Shown here: piece by piece, positions 1-10,845 of the stretch
Numbering within the stretch: position 1 is the stretch's first letter
How the letters are laid out: every line of letters begins with the position of its first letter
DNA from: Basidiobolus ranarum
Taxonomy: Eukaryota
Length of the DNA stretch: 33,596 nt
Assembly: GCA_040143965.1 (NCBI GenBank)
Contig: JASJQH010006948.1
Span: forward strand, 1-33,596
Direction: 5' to 3'
Notes under the pieces: model-generated
What the model was told of the DNA's origin: nothing
The model's database searches: none
Seen by the model: only the letters and a program-made list of their open reading frames with translations
Position numbers and translations under genes: made by a program

Positions 1-340
1 AAGTTAGCTAATAGTAAGAAAAGCATTATCGCGCGCTGATTGTATTAATTATATATCTTATCTTATGTACGTATGCCATTATGACAAAAGATCTGGGTTG
101 GAATTAAGCTTTCAAGAGTAGTACGCAGTCAGTCATTCTAACCCAGGTATTAAGTGATATAACGAAAATTCAAATATTGCTTTCCATTCCAAATACCCAA
201 TCACTGAGGAGCAGCGATCTTTGCCGATGTAACAATGTTGCACTATCTATTTACAAGTGTTCACAGTCTTTCTTAGGTATCCCAATAGCCCAATCAAATT
301 GCTCTTCGCTTCGAGAAATACTACTAAAAAAGATCCCTCT

Positions 341-350
341 ATTTCGGGGG
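341..350 (+). promoter_or_regulatory. Candidate promoter element ATTTCGGGGG upstream of RPS14
   Basis: The identical 10-mer occurs in the same relative orientation upstream of the snoRNA host transcript (16103-16112, minus strand). Confidence 0.35.
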
Positions 351-466
351 GCTTCCAAACAGAACAGTGATAATTATCAAATCGAGTTTCTTGTTCTGGC
401 TCCCTCTTGCACCTTTTGGTCCCACACCCAAATCTAAACTGCTGACAGGTTGGCATCCATCTAATC

Positions 467-1045
467 ATGGTATGTATGTTTCGTCTGATTTCGTTGGGTT
501 ACAGGAAGATATTTACAATCATTCATTATCCATTTCCAAATTAGAGTGAGCAGTTGAGAGTTAGATGATACTTATCATTTTATATTGTGTAGTCTAAGAA
601 AGCCGGTAAAGTTCAAAAAACTCAGGAGCCAATTTCTCTTGGCCCTCAAGTTCGCGAAGGTGAACTAGTTTTTGGCGTTGCTCATATCTTCGCCTCTTTT
701 AATGATACCTTTGTTCATGTTACCGATTTGACCGGTCGTGAAACTATGGTTCGTGTCACTGGTGGTATGAAAGTTAAGGCTGATCGTGATGAATCTTCTC
801 CTTATGCCGCTATGTTGGCTGCCCAGGATGTTGCTGTACGATGCAAGGAGCTTGGTATCACTGCTCTTCATATTAAGATCCGTGCTACTGGTGGTAACGG
901 CCCCAAGACCCCTGGTCCTGGTGCTCAATCTGCCCTTCGTGCTTTAGCTAGAGCTGGTATGAGAATTGGTCGTATCGAGGATGTTACCCCTATCCCTACA
1001 GACAGTACCCGTAGAAAGGGTGGTCGTCGTGGTCGTCGTCTATAA
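467..1045 (+). CDS. RPS14: 40S ribosomal protein S14 (uS11), 151 aa, 2 exons
   Basis: ATG 467-469, intron GTATGT...TAG 470-592, exon 2 593-1045. Translates to MSKKAGK...[25 protein letters not shown]...[17 protein letters not shown]...[19 protein letters not shown], the canonical uS11 sequence. Confidence 0.98.
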
Positions 1046-1311
1046 AACTCATCTTTGTTTATCTTGCTATATTTGGTTGCCTTTGTGATAAATTATTCCA
1101 AGCATGTTCAATAAAGCACTTTAGCTGTAACTTTGTTTTATTTAGGTTCTACTAGAGTCGTTGTTGAATATGGGGGTATATTTATCGAGGACGTGTAGAG
1201 GAAGGTTATTCAATGCAATAGGTAAATTATTTCGAATGATTGCCATTGACGGGTAAGCTTTGGTATAGTCAAGGATATTGTTAGTAATGTACTTGCACGA
1301 CTCTAAATACT

Positions 1312-1993
1312 CTATGGACGGATAGTTATAATTTTTCGCTTATCGAACATCTCTTGACCATCATCTTCCCAATCAAAATGAAATTCTCCGACTGTTGGAT
1401 AGTCTTTATAATTGGCAACTAAAAGCTCCGGTCCTTTTACGTGACCATCTTTCTTTCCACCAGTGATTCGAATATCCGCGCAGTTCATGTAGTATTCGCG
1501 GTTTCCCTCGGCGTTTATCCAAGACCACGCTAATGTGGCGTTATTACTTGGAGGGCTTAGAGAAGGTATCTTGATGGAGAATTTGGTACCACTTTTAGTC
1601 AGGCATGTGTGCATCACATCTTTGATTACCACGAATTTTTTGTCGTCATATGATATACTAAATTGACAATGGCCACCTTTGTGGGTATTCGGCCCTACAA
1701 TTTCCACAGGAATAGATTGTCCAGCTTTGTAACTGCCTTGGATAGGCCCCTTTTTATAACCTTGACATGGAAATGTCTGGGAGAAATTTAGAGAAGTTAT
1801 CAAGTGTGGCTTATGAATTGACAATACATACTCGTTTGCCGCCTAAAGGGGACGTAATATCCCAATCTGGATCATGATTTCGATAAAATTTACTGAAAAC
1901 CGAATGCCTGGCTGGTGGTGATTTCATTTCCATGTGCGAGTAAACTGTCAGTGGAAATATTAAGAACATAAGAACTTCAAGTTTTAGTTTCAT
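1312..1993 (-). CDS. Secreted AA11-like lytic polysaccharide monooxygenase (chitin-active family), 208 aa, 2 exons
   Basis: Exons 1993-1832 and 1776-1312 (55-nt GT-AG intron). The signal peptide is followed directly by His1 (VYS|HMEMKSPP). Second His in THKGGHCQFS; WSWINAEGNREYYMNCAD matches the AA11 GNRE(M/Y)YMNCA motif. Confidence 0.85.
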
Positions 1994-4138
1994 AGTTTGG
2001 TTTGGTCTCTAGTGTACGGGTTATTCCAATTGTGATCAATTTCTTGGCTACAATGAGGAAGACGGTGGGGGAAGACAGTAGTAAAAACCAAAATTGGATT
2101 TTCAAATTGAGCTGGTAAGTGATGAAGTGAATATATACTGGGTTGGATACGCAATTTTGGATTATCACCAAAGATCTCAGAACAGATCTCAATAGGGAAA
2201 TATGAGACTGAATGTATGTTGTCAAGAGTGATATGCTCTCCTGCATCGTATCTAAGGTTAAGTCCGTCATTGTGACATGCAACAAGAGGTGTCTCTTACG
2301 ATGCCCATATTTTCCCAATAGGTGTTGGTGTCAATATTTATAATTGATCCATTTACTCTCTTAACGGAACTTATTCATATCGTATGAATTGTCCTCCAAC
2401 GCTCTCATCGTAAGGAACAAATACTTTGGTATAATGCATACACACGGACATGTGCGGAAGATTGACATCAAATCTGGGTTCTCTGGAATCTCTTATTAGC
2501 TAAAATCACTTCATTAAAGCAGACAGTTGAGCATTTTATTTGACATTACGTTAGATATGTACCGTTTGCTAATTTCCCTCAATTGAAGTATTTGACAGGT
2601 ATAAAGCACCATTTACCACGTTTACGAACGTCCAGATGCCGTTGTGTCTATACGTTCAAGATACATATTTCGTAATATATGTACTATTTTTTTTATGGTA
2701 TGGTGATGTCAATCATTTACGTTAAATCAATGGTATACATATGTTAGGGAAGTTGCCAAACATTACTTCTACAATGGTAGATAAACTTGGTGCTATATGC
2801 ATGCACAGTGTAATGGCACGAGTTCTAACTTGCGTAGTATATAAAGCAGATCCTTGACAGTTGTCATACTCATGCAGTTTGGCTTGTGTTGTTGCGGTAA
2901 CAATATTGTCCCTTTAATGGAGGAAGGAGACTCTTCAAGGAGTCCTTCGATATAGTTTCTAGCAAAGGTTGTAATGTCTAAGGGGAAGGAATGCTTTGAG
3001 CAAAGACTGTATAGAGACACCAATGAATATTGGAATGAACAACTTGGCGATCATAATCAGGTTTTGGCTAGTTGGGTCCAAGGAGGGTAAAGTTTAACTT
3101 TAGACAGTGGAGACATCCTTAACTAATTATAATTCTTTACCCCTCGTTTTCTCAACAATTCTAGGATGCTTGACCCACACATACTATATCCATATTATCA
3201 TCACATTGTTCTATTGCTTATCTGGATCATGGTGATCAAAACATGGAGGTTGGTTGTTATTGACATTTCCTTTGGTGGTGATTCTAGATAAATATCCTAG
3301 GCTATGCTGACACACAAATGAGTTTGTTCAACAAGAAACACCCTCTTGCTTCGTCTATCTTCCACATCGAGATTAACACCGCAACATGGCGATTAGAGTA
3401 AATGGAGTTATTGTAATATCACCTAACTGGGTAGTCGGTAGGTCAGGTTAAGAATCTGATTAGAGATTACAATAAACACTTCGTTTAATGGCTAACCTCA
3501 GTTTCTACAAGGGGTGCTCTAAGTTACAAGCACCCGGATACACAACAGGTCCAATATCTAATTGCAATTAATAAAAGTTAATCAGGAAATTCAAATATGA
3601 TTATCCAAGTTTCTTTAAAAGGTAGAGTTCTTCTTCACGTAAAGCTCATCGGACTACATAATAACTACATAGCATGCCCTTTCCCGTTGGTTTAATTACA
3701 GATTTGCCATACATAAGTGAATTGTTCACATCCTCCTTAAATATCATCATACAGATGGCTCTATACATATGATTTGGTGTTCTTTGATCCAATGCGTGGT
3801 TGTAGTTCAAATAAGCCGTTTATCCTCTCAATTCTAGAGGTGACAATCTATACACATCCTTGAGACGAGTATCAAATATTACATCACAAATACTGAAGGT
3901 ATATCTCACCAAAGTTGTTATTCATTGGTACCTGCCTATGCCTCAAATGTCTATGTGCAAGAATAACTAGATGGTATCTATCACAAGTTGTACAAGTTGT
4001 ACGTGTCTGAAGAATATATTTAATTTAAAGTTCCTGCTAAAAATCCAACTACTAAATGGTAATCTATTAAATGTACACAATTATAAAGGTACAGGTGTTT
4101 GAGTATTACAAATAACTGTAACAAGTGATTGCAGTAAG

Positions 4139-4990
4139 CTATGAATATGCGTTGGGAAAGCATTCCCCCGTTTCTAGCACCTTGAAGCATTTAACCTCCA
4201 TCCGTAAATGTCTTTTGAGCGCATCTATCCTTGAGAATGCTTTATTGCAACTACGGCATTTATAAGGACGGTCTCCAGTGTGAACACGTGTGTGGCGTCG
4301 AAGATCATGCTTTCGAGCGAAAGATCTTGAACAATAGCCACATTGATATGGCCGTGAAGGACTTTGGCAAAAATAGCTAGCTTCGTTTGTTTCTGAGAAA
4401 CCATAGTAGCCATTTGAAGACTCGGAAGGTAAATAATGGCCTTGTGGATGATATAAGTAATTGACTGGATAGTACGATAACATAGATTCTTCAGGAATGG
4501 TATATAATGGCGGGGTCAGATCATAATATGGCTCATATAGTGGTACATGAGCTAAGTTGTCCTGGGGGTTTGCAAGAAACGCAAATACATTGGGTGTTAC
4601 CCAATCCTGTTCATCGCTATACGCCAAGGAACCGGTGATATCAAGTAGCGGCAACTGGGTATTGGGTGGACTATCAGCAGCACCTAACGGCTCGTATTCT
4701 ATTAAATTTGCCATAATGCAAGAACCACTCGCGTACAAATCAGATGGATATAAAGAAGGCACTTCAGTTGTTCTACTTGCAAACAATGGATACTTTTCAG
4801 CCAATTCTGACAGATTACTTGGAATGTCCGTTGGGGTAAGAGGTGGTGTAGGAATAACAGATGGACCGAAAAATCCTGGGTCAAAGTAGTTCTTGGGGAT
4901 CGTATAGTAGTTGGAGTACTCATCTGTACATGGCGAAGTTTTGCGTTTCTTGAATGAAGTAGTTGATGGAGAGATACCCAGATTTTCCAT
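4139..4990 (-). CDS. C2H2 zinc-finger transcription factor (2 fingers), 283 aa, intronless
   Basis: PYQCGYCSRSFARKHDLRRHTRVH-TGDRPY-KCRSCNKAFSRIDALKRH with a canonical TGxRP linker. Pro/Ser/Tyr-rich N-terminal region. TATATAAA about 50 nt upstream. Confidence 0.9.
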   Translation of the reverse strand: MENLGISPSTTSFKKRKTSPCTDEYSNYYTIPKNYFDPGFFGPSVIPTPPLTPTDIPSNLSELAEKYPLFASRTTEVPSLYPSDLYASGSCIMANLIEYEPLGAADSPPNTQLPLLDITGSLAYSDEQDWVTPNVFAFLANPQDNLAHVPLYEPYYDLTPPLYTIPEESMLSYYPVNYLYHPQGHYLPSESSNGYYGFSETNEASYFCQSPSRPYQCGYCSRSFARKHDLRRHTRVHTGDRPYKCRSCNKAFSRIDALKRHLRMEVKCFKVLETGECFPNAYS

Positions 4991-5979
4991 AATTGAAAGG
5001 CAAATAATTGATTTAGTGGAGCATGCTTCAAGCTATTTTATATAAGATTTTACCGCTACTGATAACCTTAATGTCTTGCAAAGTCATTCTGAGCCAATTG
5101 TTTATAAAGTCTCGCTAATAGTGCATCGTGCAGCTGTCCCTCAGAATCTTTCAATCTGGGGATTGAGAGTAACGATGTAAGTACTTATCTTTGGATCCAA
5201 TGCCTCCCCATAATTTCCCATTTTGACTTACTTTGACTATACATTAAGCATCAGTTTATTTGTAATATCTGCCGATAAACGACCCCTTATATTGCCATTG
5301 GAAACGAGGTTGAACGATTAATGAATTGAAGATATTAAATGGGATGAAGGTGTATGCAGTCCGACATTTCCTTTGTACAATATAGTAATGACTAGAAGCG
5401 TAAAAATCACATGATGAAGAGTCGACTTGTTCGATCTGTTCGATTTGCGCGGTTTCTATCTGCCTACCCTCTGCAATGCTAAACTTACCTAGCCTTACAG
5501 TATTAAGACTCGGACTTGATCTGAGCGCTACAGTCAAGTAAGGGTTAATAAACAAACAATATTATTGATTGTATGATCAATGTAAAACCACTGGAGTAGA
5601 CTAATACAAGGAGTGGCATTTGCTGAAATATTCTCACATTGCGTCGCCTAGGGTAAAAGGAATATATAAGTTAAGATTGAGGGCATCTTGACTTCAGAAA
5701 CTCGATTATAGCTTCAAGAAGATCGTTGTTAATAATACCCGATATATGTCTGGTTTTGCAATTGCATCAACTTGTAGATTAATATGATTCGATGCCAGTG
5801 GTTTATACCCACTTTCTGAAACAGGATTCTCGCAATGCTCTTTGGGCACTTTACATGTCTTTAATTCTTGCATACATACGATGACACCACTACTGATAAT
5901 TACAAGAGTATCTAGGCAAACGATCTGTTTAAGGGTATTATTGATGATTTGTCTCATTTTGGCTGCAGAACGATTTGGG

Positions 5980-7035
5980 CTACAGGTTATTCTTCAAGTT
6001 CACCAACATACTACTTGACATATCTCTACTCTTGTTAATTTGAAGTTTTAAATGTCTACCTCTGGTTTCTGGATGGCTCATCTTGAGTTCTTGAACAGAG
6101 TTATCAAGTTCAGGCAAACCAACGAACACATTCTCCTTCCTCAATCTGGGTAAATAAAGCTCGTATGAGGGCATGAACCTATCAACAAAATCTTGTACTT
6201 CTTCTCTGGTTAGGCCGGCGTCGGGATTGTTGACCAATCTTCGCAAGTGTTCCTCTTGCTCCCATCTCCAATCGTACACGAAATTTATATCCTCAGTATC
6301 AATGTGAATGAATACATCAAGATAGGGATAGATTTGTTTCTCCCACAATCGCAAATATTCATTGACTGTAACTATTTCCTGTACATCGAATTTACGAACA
6401 TGTGAATGGTCTGGTGAGGCGTAATAAGCTTTTTTGAGATCTTGCTCTGACAACGGTTTGAATCCTAACATCCATCCTTCAAATAGAATCACATCATACG
6501 GTGGAAGTACTTTAGGCCACTGGTCAATAGGTACTTGATCACCACGCCCGTTTTTGGAAGCCTTGTTATATTGTGGAATGGGTACGGGAACTACGATTCG
6601 GCTTTGAAGAAATTGATTGTGAGCTTTAAGCAATGTTGCAAAAGTTTTTTGGCCAAGGGTGACATCATGTGTTCCAGCATTACCACGATATTGAAGCAGT
6701 CTATTTCCTGGATTACTTGAAGCCACCTTAAGTTGACGTTCGAACGGAAGGTACAAATCATCAACTGAGAAGGAAACCACTTTGAGATTATATGGGGGGC
6801 TTTGAAGCTCAGTAGCAATCTGCTGTGTTAAAGTAGTTTTACCTATTGGGTGAAGTTATTAGTAATTGCTTAGTTTGAGTTTGGAAAGTGGGAGGTAATA
6901 AGTACTCCTAAAATCCATACCACTCCCTTGAGGCCCACAAAGTCCAACAAACAATGGGACTTGCTTTTGGTTGCTGGGCTTGGGTAGATGACGGAGAATA
7001 TGCTCCACTGTAGTTCGTAATTTCAGAGAAGTCAT
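5980..7035 (-). CDS. TDA10: P-loop kinase, TDA10 / D-glycerate 3-kinase family, 325 aa, 2 exons
   Basis: Exons 7035-6921 and 6842-5980. Splicing restores Walker A GPQGSGKTT. Motifs SVDDLYL, RGNAGTHD, GRGDQ, ILFEGWMLGF, WRWEQE and FVDRFMPSYE are typical of the family. Confidence 0.85.
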
Positions 7036-7336
7036 AGTTTATGATTAAAGTATCATATTACAGGAAGTGTCATTTAGTATTCGGCAACAATCAGATAAAA
7101 ATCTTGATAGATTATCAACAATAAACAAGTTGCAAACCTACCGCTTATACCTCCGCTGATATTACCTCATGGTCCTTGAAGATAGCTCATAAGTAAATCA
7201 TTACGTAATAATATGACTACACTACTGCTATTTCCATAATTGGTGTCGAACTTGGCGTTGCTCCGCCAAGTTAAAGTAAGGTAACTTTTGTTTTGCAAAC
7301 TCTTCAAACTTCAGTGCTTCTAATCATTCTCTTCAA

Positions 7337-8241
7337 ATGCTATTTCTATTATCCTTCTCTACCACAATTTTCAACCTGGCCATGTTTCTTTCAAGCTTGT
7401 GATTTTACTCTTCTCGATCTTTTTGTTGTGTTAGACAAATTTTTTACGACTTTAACTCTTATATCTGTGAAAATTTAGGTCAATTGGCTGGCGTTTCGTG
7501 AAAGAGAGAAAAACTGGCTCAGTATCCATATATCCATTTCTTGCCACCTTTACCAGGTATTTTTCTCGCGTTGACTTGCTTTGACTATCTTTCTCATAAA
7601 CAATCCAGTTCTTTATTATGGCTGCAGTATGGTATTTTCAAAGAGGACGCAGTCCTCATAATTGTTAGTGCTGTAGGCATATCAACCTCAAGCTTATGTA
7701 TTCTTGCATACTATCATTACACTAAAAATAAGGTATTTACCCTTGCTGATTTTAAGCTAGTTGTATCTATTAACGTATTATCAGAGCCAAGTTAAAAGGC
7801 GAGTGTTTCTTTTGGCTATATTCTTTTGCAGCTTCTTAGTGCTAGTAAGGCACTTGACTCCAGAAATCGCGAGTTCCATATTGGGCGTTACCTCCTCCTT
7901 CGCTTCCGTATGTATGTACGCAGCCCCACTTGTCACAGTGGTAAGTGCTCCAAAAACATATGTTTAAGCTACCTTTAATTAATCGAGTCATTATTAATTG
8001 ATCCTGCAATCGCGCATAGTTTGAAGTGATCCGAACAAAATCAACTATATCGCTATCGCTTCCATTATCAGCAACTTCATTTGTCAACTGTATTCTATGG
8101 CTTACTTATGGCTATGTCTTCGAAGATCTCTTCATAATCATCCCCAACTCACTTGGCTCATTATTAACTGGATTTCAGCTTATACTCTTTATGATATATG
8201 GAAGAAATGTCGAACACGAGATCGCCCTTATTGATGTCTGA
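7337..8241 (+). CDS. SWEET (MtN3/saliva) sugar transporter, 213 aa, 5 exons
   Basis: Exons 7337-7398, 7479-7556, 7609-7732, 7785-7940, 8020-8241 join in frame. Two MtN3 repeats: AMFLSSL...KTGSVSIYPF...LWLQYG and MYAAPL...VIRTKST...LWLTYG...IIIPNSLG...FQL. Confidence 0.88.
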
Positions 8242-8380
8242 TTATCCCAATCTTGTTAATATAAGAATGAATAGAATCCACCTCTGTCTATTCCTAACCC
8301 TATATACTTTAGCTTAGATATTACTCCATTTGTCAATATACAACCTTTGTCATACCTCCCGTTAACCCCCTTACTTTACT

Positions 8381-8485
8381 GTATGATGTGGAGAGGTTGA
8401 GCAGGCAAGTGCTAGGGGCTATTGCTTAATGTTGGAAATATGCATACTTAGAGGCATAACCAGTGGGTCTAGACCCTCTGATAAC
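8381..8485 (+). ncRNA. Possible box C/D snoRNA (weak candidate)
   Basis: C-like ATGATGT 8383-8389 and D box CTGA 8478-8481. The 11-nt segment 8466-8476 is complementary (one G.U) to LSU GGGUUUAGACC. No convincing terminal stem. Confidence 0.25.
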
Positions 8486-9249
8486 ACCCGACTCAAACAA
8501 GTGACTAGTTCATGTATATACATAGAATATTTTTCCAATACATCTGCATTCTGAACTTATATAATTGAAAAGTATATAACGATGCAGAGCCTGTAACACC
8601 TTACTCGATCATATATGAATATTGTGAAGCGAACCTAATTTATGGTTTAAGATCTACCACGGTTTTATCGATAGAATGGATGTTTGCTAGCATTAGCTAG
8701 GTAAATATCATGGTGTTCTATAGTCTGGAAGATCTTTATAAATAAATCCGATCATTAGATAGTATGGGGTAATTCCACTCCTCAAAATGTGATAATCCGA
8801 CATACTCAACATATCTCTTGTAGCGAGCAGCATATCTTTGACCATTCGCTTCAGAAGTAACTATGCTTTCTGTAGCTTCCAACCCAGCCACCATGTCGTA
8901 AACTTGAAGGCACTCTACTTGAGCCTAATTATTCTGATTATCCTTCTTTCAAGTCCTCGTGATCTGCACAACCTTCGCCACAAATGTACAACTGATAGTA
9001 TATCTCTCAAATCATTCAGATATTGTCAATTTATTAAAAGTTGTGGAGGTTATCACATTAGAGTCTCATGTTAATCCAGGCACTTCCCTGATAGATTCCG
9101 CTATTTGTGAAGTTGGAAAAATCAACTTCCGCGGATTCTTTGCAATGCATATCTTACGTACCGTCGGAGGCTGTAATGTGTAATAATCCGAAAATCAAAA
9201 TCTCTGTTTTAAATCATCTCGAGTACTCTTTTGTAATTACTACTGATCG

Positions 9250-9372
9250 ATTTTTGTTTAAGTGTAAATTTCCCGAGTGTACACAGACCTTTACCCGGTC
9301 GAACAACGCTCGCTTATATAGATGTCAAATATGTATATTTTCTCGGCAGCATGATCGTTAGAAGCATATAAC
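9250..9372 (+). pseudogene. Decayed Crz1-like C2H2 zinc-finger remnant
   Basis: Reads FKCKFPECTQTFTRSNNA-RLYRCQIC-IFSRQHDR*KH. Finger 1 has lost its His pair and linker, finger 2 is shortened, and there is an in-frame stop at 9359-9361. Confidence 0.55.
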
Positions 9373-9868
9373 AGCCTTTGTCTCTTGAAATATCACTATA
9401 AAGTAGACAATGGTTATAAGAACTCCCGAATGGTTCCATTTCGGTATAACCAAACTTGTAAGAAATATTGCATCCAGCTTTTTCTCCATTTTGTGTGTAT
9501 ATAATTCATAATTACGTGATTTGTGTTGAAATGGAATGAATTAATGATGACAATATATATAATATACGACCTCATTGCGTACGACCTAATCGAATTCTAA
9601 AGAACAGAAATATGTAACTTTAGCTGTGGTACTACAGATTCATGTTACATAAATTAATTGAATCATACAAGTTCTTTGGATGATAAATTATAGATGTCAT
9701 CTAGCATAAATGTGGCATTAAATAGACTTCCAATAATTTTATTTATACAAACTCCAAACCAAATGACGAGAATTGACTTAGTTTTGTGGGTGGGTATATT
9801 TACATGTGGTACCTGATCACATTCTCACATCCTTTATGACGTTGCATTGGTTTAGTTGAAACTAAAAG

Positions 9869-10845
9869 TTAATACACTAAGCTTTGTCTCCAGCTCTGAG
9901 GCATGGAGACCAACCCACCATCCTTAGTGAAAGCGATATGAGCAACATGCATTGGATTAAATGGACACGAGATCTCCAAATTCTATAGAGATACATATTA
10001 GCATATTGATGACGTTGAAGAGTGACTGATTGAGCTTACTTTACGACTTTTCTGCGACTGTATACTGAACCTTGAGTTTCTCCGATGAAGCCTCTCATCA
10101 CGATTAGATTGGAGTGACCAACGCTGTGCGTTTAACTCTGGTCTTCTCGACGAGTTATTGATGCAAGTAGTACTTCGCTTCAAGATCGCTCTGTCATACA
10201 TTTGATTACTGAAACTCCGCGGAAGTGTGCCTGCTCTTGGCGCTACGATTTCGCCAGGCGTGAGAGGGAGAGGCTTATTTTGTGGGTACGATGTTGGCGT
10301 GACTTGATCTAGTGGAACCAAATTCAGAGAATTCGTTGGCAAGCCCTACATAGTAATTATAAATCATCGCAAATTTAGAAACAGGATTAACCGAGCTTTG
10401 GCATTAACTAAGACAACTCACGATAATATCTTTTGTAACTGGATCAATACCGGCGTGTCCACAGTGCAGAAAATTAAAAGGTGTTGAAATCTCCGGTTTC
10501 TTACTACTCTTGAGAAAGCCTATAAACCATGCTTGATTAATACATTTCTAACTCAGCAATCATGATGCCATTCAACTTACTACTCACGGATCGCACTATT
10601 GAGGAGAACAGTTTGTTTGATTTGCTGGGTTTAATCTTTGCTGAAGACTCGGTTGATTTGTCATCGAATTCTTCATGCCTTGACCAGTGGATGTTAACAT
10701 CGGGATAGTGTTGACTTTTGGACTTGCGCACACGGTCATCGTTGACTTTATCGCGCTTCCGCCATGCTGGAGGCAAGCTTACGTGCTTGGGTGGAGGAAT
10801 TGGTCCAGCCAAAGGAGCTACCCAATCTACTTCGTAACTTGTCAT
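9869..10845 (-). CDS. Small protein with two CRIB/PBD (Cdc42/Rac-binding) motifs and no kinase domain, ~260 aa, 4 exons
   Basis: Exons 10845-10581, 10519-10422, 10345-10040, 9982-9869 (783 nt, all GT-AG, in frame). CRIB1 EISTPFNFLHCGHAGIDPVTKDIIGLP; CRIB2 EISCPFNPMHVAHIAFTKDGGLVSMPQSW. TATA-like element near 10941-10948. Confidence 0.8.

Noticed and set aside
470-592. RPS14 intron as a snoRNA host
   Set aside because: No correctly ordered C and D boxes and no clear H/ACA double hairpin seen.
1271-1278. ATATCCTT on the minus strand (also at 15876-15883), resembling a U12-type donor
   Set aside because: Neither is at a coding exon boundary or followed by a convincing U12 branch site; all reconstructed introns are GT-AG.
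2119-2211. GTGATGA...CTGA spaced like a C/D snoRNA
   Set aside because: No terminal stem or recognisable guide; it overlaps the TATA region of the LPMO promoter.
5256-5957. Two minus-strand ORFs of 99 and 83 aa
   Set aside because: No recognisable motifs or coding-like bias; likely UTR or intergenic sequence.
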